This document shows, in pieces, positions 1-9,161 of a stretch of DNA of 64,000 nt. The DNA is taken from assembly GCA_902610995.1 (NCBI GenBank), contig CACLXU010000001.1, positions 144,422 to 208,421 on the forward strand, in the 5' to 3' direction. The DNA comes from an uncultured SAR86 cluster bacterium (GTDB lineage: Bacteria > Pseudomonadota > Gammaproteobacteria > Magnimaribacterales > TMED112). The position numbers and the translations under genes are program-made. Position 1 is the first letter of the stretch, and every line of letters starts with the position of its first letter. The notes below the pieces were generated by a model, which saw nothing but the letters and a program-made list of their open reading frames with translations, did no database searches and was not told where the DNA came from.

Positions 1-568
1 ACCAAACATTTCTGATTGGAGCCATAGGTTTTGGGTCAAAAACATCATTCCATTCAACTACCTTAATTGTATATTCCCTCTTTTTCATAAAGAATTTTCT
101 CAATTCTTTAGGAATTAGCTCAATATTTTCTTCTCTCATCTGAATTTCATCTTTTAATTCATCAGGATCAGGAACTTTAGGCATTTCAATGCTGTGTGTT
201 ATTCCTCCTTCTTCTTTTTGAAAAGAAACTGTCATCGTAAAAATGATTTCATTATTCTGTATAGCCTTAACAGTTCTTGTAAAAAAACTTTTTCCATCCC
301 TTACTGGATCAACACTAAATAAAACAGGTTGCTTTATTACCCCCGGCCTTAAGAAATATGCATGCAAAGAATGTATTTGCATATCATCACTAACAGTTTC
401 GTTTGCGGCAATGTAGGCCTGTGCAATGACCTGTCCACCAAAAATTCTTAAAATTCCAGCGTTTTTTCCCTTGTATCTGAATAAATATGTATCAAGTTGC
501 TCAAGGGTCAATCTATCTATAACACTTTCAAATGAATTCTCAGAATCTTTTAGTTTTTTTAGATCCAT
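1..568 (-). CDS. tesB: acyl-CoA thioesterase II, N-terminal ~189 codons; gene continues past the left edge of the window
   Basis: Own translation of the minus strand from ATG at 568-566: MDLKKLKDSENSFESVIDRLTLEQLDTYLFRYKGKNAGILRIFGGQVIAQAYIAANETV..HSLHAYFLRPG..VRDGKSFFTRTVKAIQNN. This is colinear with the first hotdog half of TesB (FGGQV..QA, H.YFLRPG, RDG.SF..R). It is absent from the ORF track because it is open at the window edge. Confidence 0.75.
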   Translation of the reverse strand, partial: MDLKKLKDSENSFESVIDRLTLEQLDTYLFRYKGKNAGILRIFGGQVIAQAYIAANETVSDDMQIHSLHAYFLRPGVIKQPVLFSVDPVRDGKSFFTRTVKAIQNNEIIFTMTVSFQKEEGGITHSIEMPKVPDPDELKDEIQMREENIELIPKELRKFFMKKREYTIKVVEWNDVFDPKPMAPIRNVW

Positions 569-569
569 A

Positions 570-1322
570 TCACTGAGCAGACAGCCCACCGTCAATTACT
601 AATTCAGAACCGGTAATCATTTTTGATTCATCAGATGCTAAAAAGAGAACAGCATTTGCAATATCTTCAATCTCGGCTAACTTTCTAACTGGTATCTGTT
701 TTTCTAGTTTTTCAAGCATTCCTGATGAGGTATCGCTCAAAAGCGCCTCGAGAATTTCGGTTTTAGCAAATACTGGATGAACACTATTACAACGAACAAG
801 ATCAGTGGTTCTTGCACAATGTAAAGCTACTGATTTAGTTAAATGTCTTACTGCTGCTTTTGCACTGTTGTACGCAGAGAAATTGTGTCCAGCAACTATA
901 CCTGAAATAGACGAAATATTTACTATTGAACCCATACCTGATTCTCTCATCAGTGGTAGTGCATATTTGCAGCCATAAAAAACTGAATCTAAGTCAACTT
1001 TGTGGACCATATCCCAATCTTCAACAGAAGTTTGTTCAACATTACCCATATGACCAATCCCTGCGTTATTCACAAGAATGTTTAACTTACCTATTTGATC
1101 GTTCACTGCTGTGACGACTTCTTCCCATCTCTTGTGATCCCCAACATCATGCTCAAAAAATGTAACACCTAGCTCGCTTGCTGTCTTTTCACCATTAGCC
1201 TTGTTTATATCGGTAATTATTACAGAAGCGCCTTCTGCAAGAAACTTAGAAGCAATTCCTTTTCCAAATCCTTGAGCTCCACCTGTAATCAGTGCAACTT
1301 TATTTTTTAATCTGCCTGACAT
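570..1322 (-). CDS. short-chain dehydrogenase/reductase (classical SDR)
   Basis: 250 aa. Has TGGAQGFG (TGxxxGxG), NNAG and a catalytic Ser..YxxxK (SISG...YNSAKAA). Confidence 0.85.
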   Translation of the reverse strand: MSGRLKNKVALITGGAQGFGKGIASKFLAEGASVIITDINKANGEKTASELGVTFFEHDVGDHKRWEEVVTAVNDQIGKLNILVNNAGIGHMGNVEQTSVEDWDMVHKVDLDSVFYGCKYALPLMRESGMGSIVNISSISGIVAGHNFSAYNSAKAAVRHLTKSVALHCARTTDLVRCNSVHPVFAKTEILEALLSDTSSGMLEKLEKQIPVRKLAEIEDIANAVLFLASDESKMITGSELVIDGGLSAQ

Positions 1323-1368
1323 AATTTATAAGAATAGGGCTATAATATACCATTAATCTCAATAGTTT

Positions 1369-2484
1369 ATGAAAAATAAGATTGTTTCAAATCAGCCACA
1401 AAAGGTTGCAACCTATCCTGAGATAACCCCTTCTGATCAGGATGCCGTCGAGTGTGTAAATGAAATATTTAAAAGCCCATTAACAGGTGCTTATAATTGG
1501 GATTATATTGTTGTTGAAGATAGAATTAAAAAGCTCTATGAACTGGGGAAAAAGCTCAACTGGAATGTTGAATTCGATTTAGATTGGAAACAAGAATATC
1601 CTAAAGACAAACCATTAGTTAATCCAGAAATCTTTAAGTTCCCTGAAGAATCACTTCCAGGATATTCAAAACTTACAGCAGAAACAAAAATTGAGATGGA
1701 TCGACATAGGGTATCTTGGCAGCTTAGTCAGTTTTTACATGGAGAACAGGGAGCTCTACTTGTTGCCTCTCAGCTTGTTTCATGTGCTCCAACATTTAAT
1801 GCAAAACTTTACGCAGCGTCCCAAACATTTGATGAGGCCAGACATGTTGAAGGTTTTAATAAATATCTAAAAGAGAAAATTGGTTTTCAGTATCCTGCTA
1901 CAGACGGTCTTAAATCACTCTTGGATAAAATTCTAACCGATGAGAGATGGGATCTTAAGTTTATTGGGATGCAAATAATCATTGAGGGTCTTGCACTAGC
2001 CGCATTTAATAATATGAAAGTGATTCTAAACGATGGTTTATTGAAGCAATTGCTTCACTATGTAATTAGAGACGAAGCAAGACATGTGACCTTTGGAGTA
2101 AATTATTTAGAGGATTATTTAAAAACACTTAAAAAGAGCGAGATAGAAGATAGAGCTCAGTTTGCATTTGAAGCTTGTGTTGTAATGAGAGATCGACTTA
2201 TTACTGGTGATGTTATGTCAAGATTTCTAGATGTTTCAAAAGAAGAAGCTACAGAGTTGACAGCAAATTCACAACAAGGTGAGCATTTTAAAAACATGCT
2301 ATTTACTAAAATAATTCCAAACTTAACAAGAATTGGTTTAATTACTGATAAAGTAAAACCTAAATACGACAAGTTAGGAGTTTTAAGCTACCAAGAAATG
2401 GAAGATAATTTTCACCCTGACTGGGCTGAAATTTCTAAACCCTACGAAACCCAAGAAGAAATCGAAAAAGCTATTGGAATATAG
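1369..2484 (+). CDS. ferritin-like diiron-carboxylate protein (R2-like / AurF-like oxygenase superfamily), substrate unknown
   Basis: 371 aa. Two ExxH motifs in identical context (FDEARHVEGF and IRDEARHVTFG) plus preceding carboxylates (HGEQGALL, IIIEGLALAAF) give the E / ExxH / E / ExxH four-helix-bundle ligand pattern. Confidence 0.6.
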   Translation: MKNKIVSNQPQKVATYPEITPSDQDAVECVNEIFKSPLTGAYNWDYIVVEDRIKKLYELGKKLNWNVEFDLDWKQEYPKDKPLVNPEIFKFPEESLPGYSKLTAETKIEMDRHRVSWQLSQFLHGEQGALLVASQLVSCAPTFNAKLYAASQTFDEARHVEGFNKYLKEKIGFQYPATDGLKSLLDKILTDERWDLKFIGMQIIIEGLALAAFNNMKVILNDGLLKQLLHYVIRDEARHVTFGVNYLEDYLKTLKKSEIEDRAQFAFEACVVMRDRLITGDVMSRFLDVSKEEATELTANSQQGEHFKNMLFTKIIPNLTRIGLITDKVKPKYDKLGVLSYQEMEDNFHPDWAEISKPYETQEEIEKAIGI

Positions 2485-3066
2485 CTAGTCCACCTTTTCA
2501 GCTTTAATAATAACTACTGGTTCAACTGGTACATCTGAATGTGGGGCAAAAGCTGTTGTTTCAACTCCAGCAATACTATCAACAACTTCGATACCCTCAA
2601 CAACTTTACCAAAAACTGCGTATCCCCAGTCTTGATCGGTTTGATTTCCTCTGTAATTCAAGAACCCATTATCTACATGATTAATGAAAAATTGAGAAGT
2701 GGCCGAATGAGGGTTTGATGTCCTTGCCATAGCAATTGTTCCTCTATCATTTTGTAATCCATTTCCTGCTTCGTTCTGTATTGGTTCCAATTTGTCATCT
2801 TTTGAAGACATATCTTCAAGATGTCCTCCGCCCTGTATCATAAAGTTAAAGATTACTCTATGGAAAATTGTTCCATCATAAAACCCACTCTCAACATAGG
2901 AAAGAAAATTTTCTGTTGTTATAGGTGCATTCTCGCTATCAAGTTCAATGACTATCTCGCCCATTGAAGTGTTTAATTTTACTTTTGGCATTGCTTCTCC
3001 TTTATTCAAAAAATAAATTAATGATCCAATAATTAAAGCAGCAATTAATATATAAATATTTTTCAT
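2485..3066 (-). CDS. ppiA: peptidyl-prolyl cis-trans isomerase, cyclophilin type, exported
   Basis: 193 aa. N-terminal hydrophobic signal/anchor followed by the cyclophilin core [27 protein letters not shown]. Confidence 0.85.
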   Translation of the reverse strand: MKNIYILIAALIIGSLIYFLNKGEAMPKVKLNTSMGEIVIELDSENAPITTENFLSYVESGFYDGTIFHRVIFNFMIQGGGHLEDMSSKDDKLEPIQNEAGNGLQNDRGTIAMARTSNPHSATSQFFINHVDNGFLNYRGNQTDQDWGYAVFGKVVEGIEVVDSIAGVETTAFAPHSDVPVEPVVIIKAEKVD

Positions 3067-3254
3067 TTGTCGCTCTTATTTCTGTTAATAAATAGATATA
3101 TCAATTCTGGGATTCCAAACAATTGAACCACTAAGAATATTATAAACCAACCTTTCTCGTTTCTTCTAGCAGCAAGCCACATTGCAAAACCAGTGAAAAC
3201 AACATCTGCAATTATTGCTGGAAAAAAGAAATATGGTGACAACAAAATACTCAT
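3063..3254 (-). CDS. small two-helix membrane protein (pattern resembles the DUF5652 / PLD-N-terminal-like small membrane family)
   Basis: 63 aa with two hydrophobic helices and the pattern [32 protein letters not shown]. It has a 4-nt overlap with ppiA and sits 2 nt after the PhzF-like gene. The family name is from memory only. Confidence 0.35.
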   Translation of the reverse strand: MSILLSPYFFFPAIIADVVFTGFAMWLAARRNEKGWFIIFLVVQLFGIPELIYLFINRNKSDK

Positions 3255-3256
3255 GG

Positions 3257-4033
3257 TTATAAAAAATATTCGCCCCTAAGATAAAGACTCGCATTACCAG
3301 AAATCAAGACAGAATTTTCTTTAAGCTCACAAAATAATTCACCACCCCTTCTTGAGAGCTGCTTTGCCTTCAGTTTAGTTTTATTTAATCTTTCTGCCCA
3401 AAATGGTGTCAAAAGCGTATGTGCAGAACCAGTAACCGGATCCTCATCAACTCCGGTTTGAGGTCCAAACCATCTGGATACGAAATCAACATCTTTTCCA
3501 GATGAAGACACTATTAAGCCTCTCGAATCTAGGGTTTTAATTATTTCAAAGTTCAAATCTAGGTTCAAAACATCTTCTTCAGATTCTACAATCACCATGT
3601 AGTCATCAATTCCTTTATAGGCTTCTTTGATATTTGTATGGATAGCCGATTGAATTAATGACTTATCTTTTACCTCTCTAGGTAAATCTCGTGGGAGATC
3701 CATCACAATTTTGCCATTTGATTCTTTCGCGGTAAGTATTCCTCTTTTTGATTGAAACTTTACTTGCTTAGATTTGTGATCTATAAACTTAAAGAAAATA
3801 AAAGCCGAAGCTAATGTTGCATGTCCACATAAATCAACTTCGATTGTTGGTGTAAAAAAACGAATTATATTTGAATTTAAATTTATAAACGCAGTTTCCG
3901 ATAAGTTATTTTCAGCTGCAATTTTCTGCATTAAATTTTCTGACAACTCATGCTCATAGAATACTACTCCTGCAGGGTTGCCTGAGAAGACCTGATCAGT
4001 AAATGAATTTACAAAAAATATTTCCTTTTTCAT
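3257..4033 (-). CDS. PhzF family isomerase-like protein
   Basis: 258 aa. N-terminus FTDQVFSGNPAGVV, SETAF, CGHATLA, C-terminal DPVTGSAH; this is the PhzF/YddE family pattern. Confidence 0.8.
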   Translation of the reverse strand: MKKEIFFVNSFTDQVFSGNPAGVVFYEHELSENLMQKIAAENNLSETAFINLNSNIIRFFTPTIEVDLCGHATLASAFIFFKFIDHKSKQVKFQSKRGILTAKESNGKIVMDLPRDLPREVKDKSLIQSAIHTNIKEAYKGIDDYMVIVESEEDVLNLDLNFEIIKTLDSRGLIVSSSGKDVDFVSRWFGPQTGVDEDPVTGSAHTLLTPFWAERLNKTKLKAKQLSRRGGELFCELKENSVLISGNASLYLRGEYFL

Positions 4034-5271
4034 TCTGACTTAACAATCTTGCCCTCTTTCATAACAAATGGCACTTCCTCTAAAATATTTATCGAGTTAA
4101 GTGGATTCTGATCAAGACCAATAAAGTCTGCCTTGTTTCCGATCAATATTCTTCCAATCGATTCATCACCAATTAATTTTGCTGCGTTAATAGTGGCTGC
4201 TTGAACGGCTTCCAGAGGGGACATGCCCCATTCCACCATATATACAAATTGTTTACCATTATCGCCATGATCAAATATGCCAGCATCGGTTCCAAAAGTA
4301 ATATTTGCTCCAAGTTTTACTGCTTTTTTAAAATTTTGTCTTTGTGTCTTGCCAACAACTCGCTCTTTATTAAGAGATTCTTCTAGAACTCCTTTTTTTA
4401 CGCCTTCACCAAGTATGTAATCAGATACATATATGTCCATAGATAGGTAGGCATTATTTTCTATAGCTAAAAGAATAGTCTCTTCGTCGATGAAGCTTGC
4501 ATGTTCAATTGAGTCAACTCCAGCATTCAAAGCAGCTTTTATTCCTTCAAGACCATGTGCATGTGCAGCAACCTTCATGCCATTATTATGTGCTTCATCA
4601 ACTATTGCCTTCATTTCCTCAAAAGTAAATTGCTTTGCATTTACATCAGTATTTTTTGACATGACACCGCCGGTGGCACAAAACTTAATTAAATCTGCAC
4701 CAAATTTTCTGTTAGTTCTAACTTTTTTTCTTGCTTCCCATGGAGAGTCAACTATCCCTTGATTGGGAACAGAGCTTTCATGAGGAAGTAAATTATTGTC
4801 GCAGTGACCTCCTGTAATTCCTAAAGGTGGCCCAGAAACATACATCCTTGGTCCCAAGACTATCCCTCTATTGATTGCAGTTTTGAGTGCAACGTCTGCA
4901 TAATTTGCTGCCCCTACGTTTCTAACAGTTGTAAAACCTGCAAGCAAAGTTTTCTTAGCATTTAAGACTCCATAAAGTGTAGCCAAATACGACGATTCAC
5001 TTAAAGACTCATAGCCATTCAGCTGATTATTACCTATTAAATGTACATGAGTATCAATTAGACCAGGCAATAAAACCTTATCTTTTAATGAGATTATTTC
5101 AGCATTATTATTGGAAAGGTTATTTCCAATTTTTGTAATTACTCCATTTTTTATTTCTATATCAGCAGTAATTAACTCACCAGTCTCAACATCTAAATAT
5201 GATTTAGGTTTAAGAATAATTGTTTGAGAAAGGATATTTAAGGAAAGTATAAAAACTAATGTTAATCTCAT
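4030..5271 (-). CDS. exported amidohydrolase-superfamily hydrolase (COG1228 type, Xaa-Pro/Xaa-Arg dipeptidase-like)
   Basis: 413 aa. Signal peptide; HxH motif in GLIDTHVHL; KFCATGG (candidate carboxylated Lys); AAHAHG; IEHASF; GTDAG. Confidence 0.75.
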   Translation of the reverse strand: MRLTLVFILSLNILSQTIILKPKSYLDVETGELITADIEIKNGVITKIGNNLSNNNAEIISLKDKVLLPGLIDTHVHLIGNNQLNGYESLSESSYLATLYGVLNAKKTLLAGFTTVRNVGAANYADVALKTAINRGIVLGPRMYVSGPPLGITGGHCDNNLLPHESSVPNQGIVDSPWEARKKVRTNRKFGADLIKFCATGGVMSKNTDVNAKQFTFEEMKAIVDEAHNNGMKVAAHAHGLEGIKAALNAGVDSIEHASFIDEETILLAIENNAYLSMDIYVSDYILGEGVKKGVLEESLNKERVVGKTQRQNFKKAVKLGANITFGTDAGIFDHGDNGKQFVYMVEWGMSPLEAVQAATINAAKLIGDESIGRILIGNKADFIGLDQNPLNSINILEEVPFVMKEGKIVKSE

Positions 5272-5329
5272 ATTTATGGTTGGCTTACTAATACTATACC
5301 ATTCATCAATAAATATCTTGGGTATAAAA

Positions 5330-5405
5330 TGGTGGAGCTATGCGGGATCGAACCGCAGACCTCCTGCGTGCAAAGCAGGCGCTCTCCCAGCTGAGCTATA
5401 GCCCC
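5330..5405 (-). tRNA. tRNA-Ala (anticodon UGC)
   Basis: The reverse complement reads GGGGCTATAGCTCAGCTGGGAGAGCGCCTGCTTTGCACGCAGGAGGTCTGCGGTTCGATCCCGCATAGCTCCACCA. This is a canonical cloverleaf with a G3:U70 acceptor, anticodon loop CTTTGCACG and an encoded CCA. Confidence 0.95.
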
Positions 5406-5415
5406 AAGACCTCAA

Positions 5416-5444
5416 ATGATAAATATCTAAAGCAAAAAATACAA
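5416..5444 (-). promoter_or_regulatory. candidate sigma70 promoter for tRNA-Ala
   Basis: The minus strand reads TTGTAT (5444-5439), a 17-nt spacer, then TATCAT (5421-5416), 10 nt upstream of the mature tRNA 5' end. The AT-rich background makes chance matches likely. Confidence 0.3.
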
Positions 5445-5687
5445 CTATTCTTTATCTCTAGGATCATCTGAAAGCTTTTTTGCAACATATTTAGAAAATG
5501 GTGCAGTTATAAAAACTATTGGAGTTGCTATTGCCCAAGCTAGCATCCATGAACTTATCCAAGCTGCCATTTTTGGGGGGAAATCCCCTGTATTTAATGA
5601 TGTAATAAAAAAACTTACTAATCCTGACATTATTGTTGACAACAGTAACGTAGAAATTACTGTGGCAACTGTTAATTTAAACATCAC
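5445..5687 (-). CDS. DUF2798-like small membrane protein
   Basis: 80 aa with two helices. The pattern LLLSTIMSGLVSFFITSLNTG....WISSWMLAWAIATPIVFITAPFSKYVAKKL matches my memory of the DUF2798 repeat. Confidence 0.5.
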   Translation of the reverse strand: MMFKLTVATVISTLLLSTIMSGLVSFFITSLNTGDFPPKMAAWISSWMLAWAIATPIVFITAPFSKYVAKKLSDDPRDKE

Positions 5688-6112
5688 TTAAATAAGAAAT
5701 ATATTGAAATGGCAAAGAGTGAAAGTTGGTATTTAAATTCTGTCCAGGACTGCTCCAAAACATCAACATGAAAACCAAAAATTATTATCAACATAAGAAC
5801 AGTCGACAATAATCCTCCTAACGTTGAGAAACCTTTACTTGCTTCTCCAATGAAGTTAAATGAACCAATAATTATGAATATTGGTATAAGAATGGCTTCA
5901 CTTATTGCTACAACCCAAGAGGAAACAAGTGGAAAATCACTGAAAAAACTCATCTTTAAGATAAAGCCTAATGGTTGGTTTGGTTCTTCAATAAGTGAGA
6001 GGAGTTTGCCCTCCCCATGTGAAAACATTAACACAGCAAAAACTAATCTTAAGGTCATCTCAGAGAGTACACTCAGTCTGGAGTTTGAAATTCCATTTAG
6101 AAAATTAGACAT
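5684..6112 (-). CDS. DoxX-like integral membrane protein
   Basis: 142 aa with 4 hydrophobic spans and an N-terminal RLVFAVLMFSHGEGKL pattern like the DoxX family. It has a 4-nt overlap with the downstream gene. Confidence 0.4.
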   Translation of the reverse strand: MSNFLNGISNSRLSVLSEMTLRLVFAVLMFSHGEGKLLSLIEEPNQPLGFILKMSFFSDFPLVSSWVVAISEAILIPIFIIIGSFNFIGEASKGFSTLGGLLSTVLMLIIIFGFHVDVLEQSWTEFKYQLSLFAISIYFLFK

Positions 6113-6159
6113 AAATATATTTTAGTTCTGACCAGAGTTTTTACCAATAGAAAAGTTAG

Positions 6160-6570
6160 TTAGTCTGCGAAATGTTTTTCTTTTTCTTCGTTGATAGTTT
6201 TGACTTCTGCACAGTACTCAGCGGTAGGTCTAGATAATAGTCTTCTTAAACCAATGGGCTCTCCTGACTCTAAGCAATATCCATAGTCACCTGATTTGAT
6301 CCTCATTATAGCTTTATCTATCTTAGGGAGTAATTTGGATTCTCTTTCAACGATCCTCAAGAAAAGCATAGAATCAATTTCATGCTGTGCCCTATCAACC
6401 TCATCACTACAAGAAGGGGGGTTACTGAGTCTATCTTTGGCATCCCTAATATGCGTAAGGGTTTCTTTCTTGAGATCATCTAGTAGATCTCTAAAGAAAT
6501 GAAGTTGCTCCTTATTCATATAGTTTTTCTTCGGAGCTTTTAAAATTTTTTCTTTAGTTAGCATAAGCAA
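6160..6570 (-). CDS. dksA: RNA polymerase-binding transcription factor DksA, Cys-depleted (CxxS...CxxV) variant
   Basis: 136 aa, colinear with E. coli DksA: YMNKEQLHFFRDLL, coiled-coil tip DEVDRA (DxxDxA) and C-terminal GYCLESGEPIGLRRLLSRPTAEYCAEVKT. The track start at 6570 is TTG; an ATG lies at 6564. Confidence 0.85.
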   Translation of the reverse strand: MLMLTKEKILKAPKKNYMNKEQLHFFRDLLDDLKKETLTHIRDAKDRLSNPPSCSDEVDRAQHEIDSMLFLRIVERESKLLPKIDKAIMRIKSGDYGYCLESGEPIGLRRLLSRPTAEYCAEVKTINEEKEKHFAD

Positions 6571-6633
6571 AGAACATATTTTATGTATGAAAGAGAAAAT
6601 ATCAACAAAAACTTTTGCTAAATCACTTATTTT

Positions 6634-7920
6634 TTACATACTGTTTGCTTTATTGACACTCTTAGAAATGCCAAAACCAAGATACGTTAAATAAATTGCA
6701 AGAGGAATAATAGCTAGAGGAGCAGCATATGCAACCAGACCAAAAGAAAACATTAAATTAAAAAGCAGACCTCCAGAGGCATCGCCAAATCTATTTGTAA
6801 AAGTGTCAATAAAAACTGTGGATTTATATTTTTCCTTTGAATTCAGTGTTGTATAGACAGCCTCCCGAGCTGGTTTGTTTAACCCATACTCAAATGGTCG
6901 CATCACTGCTTGCAAAATTAAAAAAATAAGTACGGCTGAGGATCCTAATAAGATATCAGAGAAATAACCTGAAACTGCAAGAAAAGCCAAAGCAAAAATT
7001 AAACCATAAGCTGAAAGAACAAATTTTATCCCAAGAAAACTTGATCTAAGAATTGAAGCAGTAAGGAGTATTTGAATAAATAAAGTAACCAACGGCACAA
7101 TTGAGTCTGCCCTTCCGAATATTCTAGTTTTTTCGGCAGAATCATCCGTATAGTTATTTATAATTTCAAGCTGAAAGAACCAAAGTGCAGTTGAAAGACA
7201 TGTCCAAACGAATGCATAGATAACAAACTGCTGAATTAGAGGATTTGTACGTATTTGTGAAAACTGCTCGAGAGTATTTGATAGACTGTTATCAGCTGAC
7301 GTGCCAAAAAAGTTATCTTCTCTCTGAACACGTGATGAAAAAAAGATAGCCAGTAATAAAGATAATACTGCTATTAGGAGGGAAAGATTTTCTTTGTCAT
7401 AAAGAAATCCATCAACTAAGGCTCCCCCACATGAAGCACCTAATGAGCCAAATCCACTGATAATTCCAAAGAATTTTTTCCCATCCTCAATATCAAAAGA
7501 ATTAACGGTCATTGCCCAGAAAATAGCTACAACAAAAAAATTGAATATGTTATACCAGACATAGAAGAATGTTTTAATAGCTGAAATTTCTGGAAAATAG
7601 TTATAAACGAGGTAAAAACAACATAAACAAATGATAAAGAAGCCATAAATATAAGGTACTAGTTTGGTAAGACGAATTTTAGAAACTATTAGCGAATAAA
7701 TTGGATTAACCAGCAACATAACAATTACAATTATTAGTAAATAAAAGGGTAAATCACTAGTTCCAATATTTGCTGCTATTGTGTTTCTAAATGGTCTCAA
7801 AACAAACAATGAAAAAAGTACGAAAAAGAAAAATAAACCGGAGAAAACAGTATTCCTTGAGAAGAAAGAAAAGTTGTTAAAGTAGCTGTTAAAACCTTTA
7901 AGCATGATTCCTATAGGCAA
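6634..7920 (-). CDS. MFS-type carrier resembling the ATP:ADP antiporter / nucleotide transporter (NTT, TLC) family
   Basis: 428 aa with about 12 hydrophobic spans. It has colinear motif similarity to Rickettsia/Chlamydia Tlc proteins: LRPFRNTI (cf LRxxKD), FYVWYNIFNFFVVAIFWAMTVN...GKKFFGIISGFGSLG (cf FY..ELW....LFW.FAN....AKRFY..FG), and KYKSTVFIDTFTNRFGDASGG (cf K.K..ID...R.GKSGG). Its start overlaps the phoA stop by 10 nt. Confidence 0.5.
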   Translation of the reverse strand: MPIGIMLKGFNSYFNNFSFFSRNTVFSGLFFFFVLFSLFVLRPFRNTIAANIGTSDLPFYLLIIVIVMLLVNPIYSLIVSKIRLTKLVPYIYGFFIICLCCFYLVYNYFPEISAIKTFFYVWYNIFNFFVVAIFWAMTVNSFDIEDGKKFFGIISGFGSLGASCGGALVDGFLYDKENLSLLIAVLSLLLAIFFSSRVQREDNFFGTSADNSLSNTLEQFSQIRTNPLIQQFVIYAFVWTCLSTALWFFQLEIINNYTDDSAEKTRIFGRADSIVPLVTLFIQILLTASILRSSFLGIKFVLSAYGLIFALAFLAVSGYFSDILLGSSAVLIFLILQAVMRPFEYGLNKPAREAVYTTLNSKEKYKSTVFIDTFTNRFGDASGGLLFNLMFSFGLVAYAAPLAIIPLAIYLTYLGFGISKSVNKANSM

Positions 7921-9161
7921 GAGGCATTTTCTAAACTATCTATACCTAGTGCTTCTTTCATAGCAAAAAATATGTCTGTGTTATCCATAATGCCAGAAAA
8001 ATTTTCTGAGCCTGGCCCAAATGCAAAAACTGGAACCATGCCACCTGTATGAGATCCTATTCCAATGCCAGTATTCCAGGAAACATTCATTTTGCCTGTT
8101 GGACGATATCTAACATCCGTAGGTTCAATTAATAGGCCTCCAGTTTCATGGTCTGCTGTAACAATTAAAAGGGTGTCTGAGTTTTGTTTGGCAACTTCAA
8201 GGGCATCGTCGACAACCTCTTCAAATTCAGCCATTTCGATTAAAAAACTCTGAAAATCGTTATCGTGTGATCTCCAGTCAATCATTGAACCTTCAATAAG
8301 TGCAAAGTAACCTCTGCAACCGTTTGCAATATGCTCTAATGATTTTTTATGCACAAATTTAAACATGTCTAGGAGAGAAGGTTCTGATTCTTTTCTTACG
8401 AGCTCATCCTCAGCAAACAAACCAAAAATTCGTGATGATAGAGGAAATTCTAAATTTAAAGCTTCTTTGGTTTCAATTAAATTGTATTGATTTTTAATTT
8501 TTGAAATAAGATCTTCTTCATCTTCTCTAAATCCACCCTTCGATTTTGGATAAAAATAACCTTTCCCTCCACCAAGGATTAAATTAATCTTTGAATCAAA
8601 GATTGCTGTTGCGATTTTGTCTTTTTCATATCTTGAATCCACATGCGCTGCAAAAGCTGCAGGTGTTGCGTGAGTTATTTCTGAGGTTGCTACAAGAGAT
8701 GAGAAATATCCCTTTTCATTTAACATCTCTAATATATTTTTTACTGGTATTTTTTCAGGATTTACCCCCACATATCTATTTATAGTCTTAACCCCAGAAC
8801 TAAATGCAGTAGCTGAGGCAGCTGAGTCAGTTATAAGTGTATTTAAAGCATGCGTTTTAACTAAACCTGAAATAGGGAACTTATCAAATGCAGTAATATG
8901 GTTTGGGCCACCCTTCATAACTCTATAGGACGTAATGTGATTTGAACCCATTCCATCGCCAATTAAAAAGATAATATTTTTTGCCTTATTGGTTACAGGC
9001 TGAATATTCCGATTGGTTACTTTACTTTCAAAATCTATTTTGATGAGTTCTTTATCTTTTTTAGGAACCTCAAATAAAAATGGTGCATATAAATTAATTA
9101 GATATGCAGTTGCAGCCATAGTTATAAAAGCAGTAAGAAAATATTTAAGAAAACTTTTCAT
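7911..9161 (-). CDS. phoA: alkaline phosphatase, PhoA family (Zn/Mg-dependent), exported
   Basis: 416 aa. N-terminal signal/anchor, then DGMGSNH, TDSAASATAF (nucleophile Ser), IDWRSHDND, TADHETGG and GSHTGG. This is the complete PhoA-type metal-ligand set. Confidence 0.85.
   Translation of the reverse strand: MKSFLKYFLTAFITMAATAYLINLYAPFLFEVPKKDKELIKIDFESKVTNRNIQPVTNKAKNIIFLIGDGMGSNHITSYRVMKGGPNHITAFDKFPISGLVKTHALNTLITDSAASATAFSSGVKTINRYVGVNPEKIPVKNILEMLNEKGYFSSLVATSEITHATPAAFAAHVDSRYEKDKIATAIFDSKINLILGGGKGYFYPKSKGGFREDEEDLISKIKNQYNLIETKEALNLEFPLSSRIFGLFAEDELVRKESEPSLLDMFKFVHKKSLEHIANGCRGYFALIEGSMIDWRSHDNDFQSFLIEMAEFEEVVDDALEVAKQNSDTLLIVTADHETGGLLIEPTDVRYRPTGKMNVSWNTGIGIGSHTGGMVPVFAFGPGSENFSGIMDNTDIFFAMKEALGIDSLENASCL

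Noticed and set aside
5272-5444. tRNA genes as integration hot spots: I searched the flanks of tRNA-Ala and tRNA-Ile for integrases, direct repeats of the tRNA 3' end, or a compositional shift.
   Set aside because: There is no integrase, transposase or phage-like ORF, and no repeat of the tRNA 3' end is visible. The neighbouring genes have the same AT-rich style as the rest of the window.
6574-6586. The palindrome ACATA-N3-TATGT immediately upstream of dksA, considered as a possible Zur box.
   Set aside because: It has only 5-bp arms, the arm sequence does not match the TGTTATA..TATAACA-type Zur core, and it sits where the RBS should be. Such short AT-rich palindromes are expected by chance in this composition.
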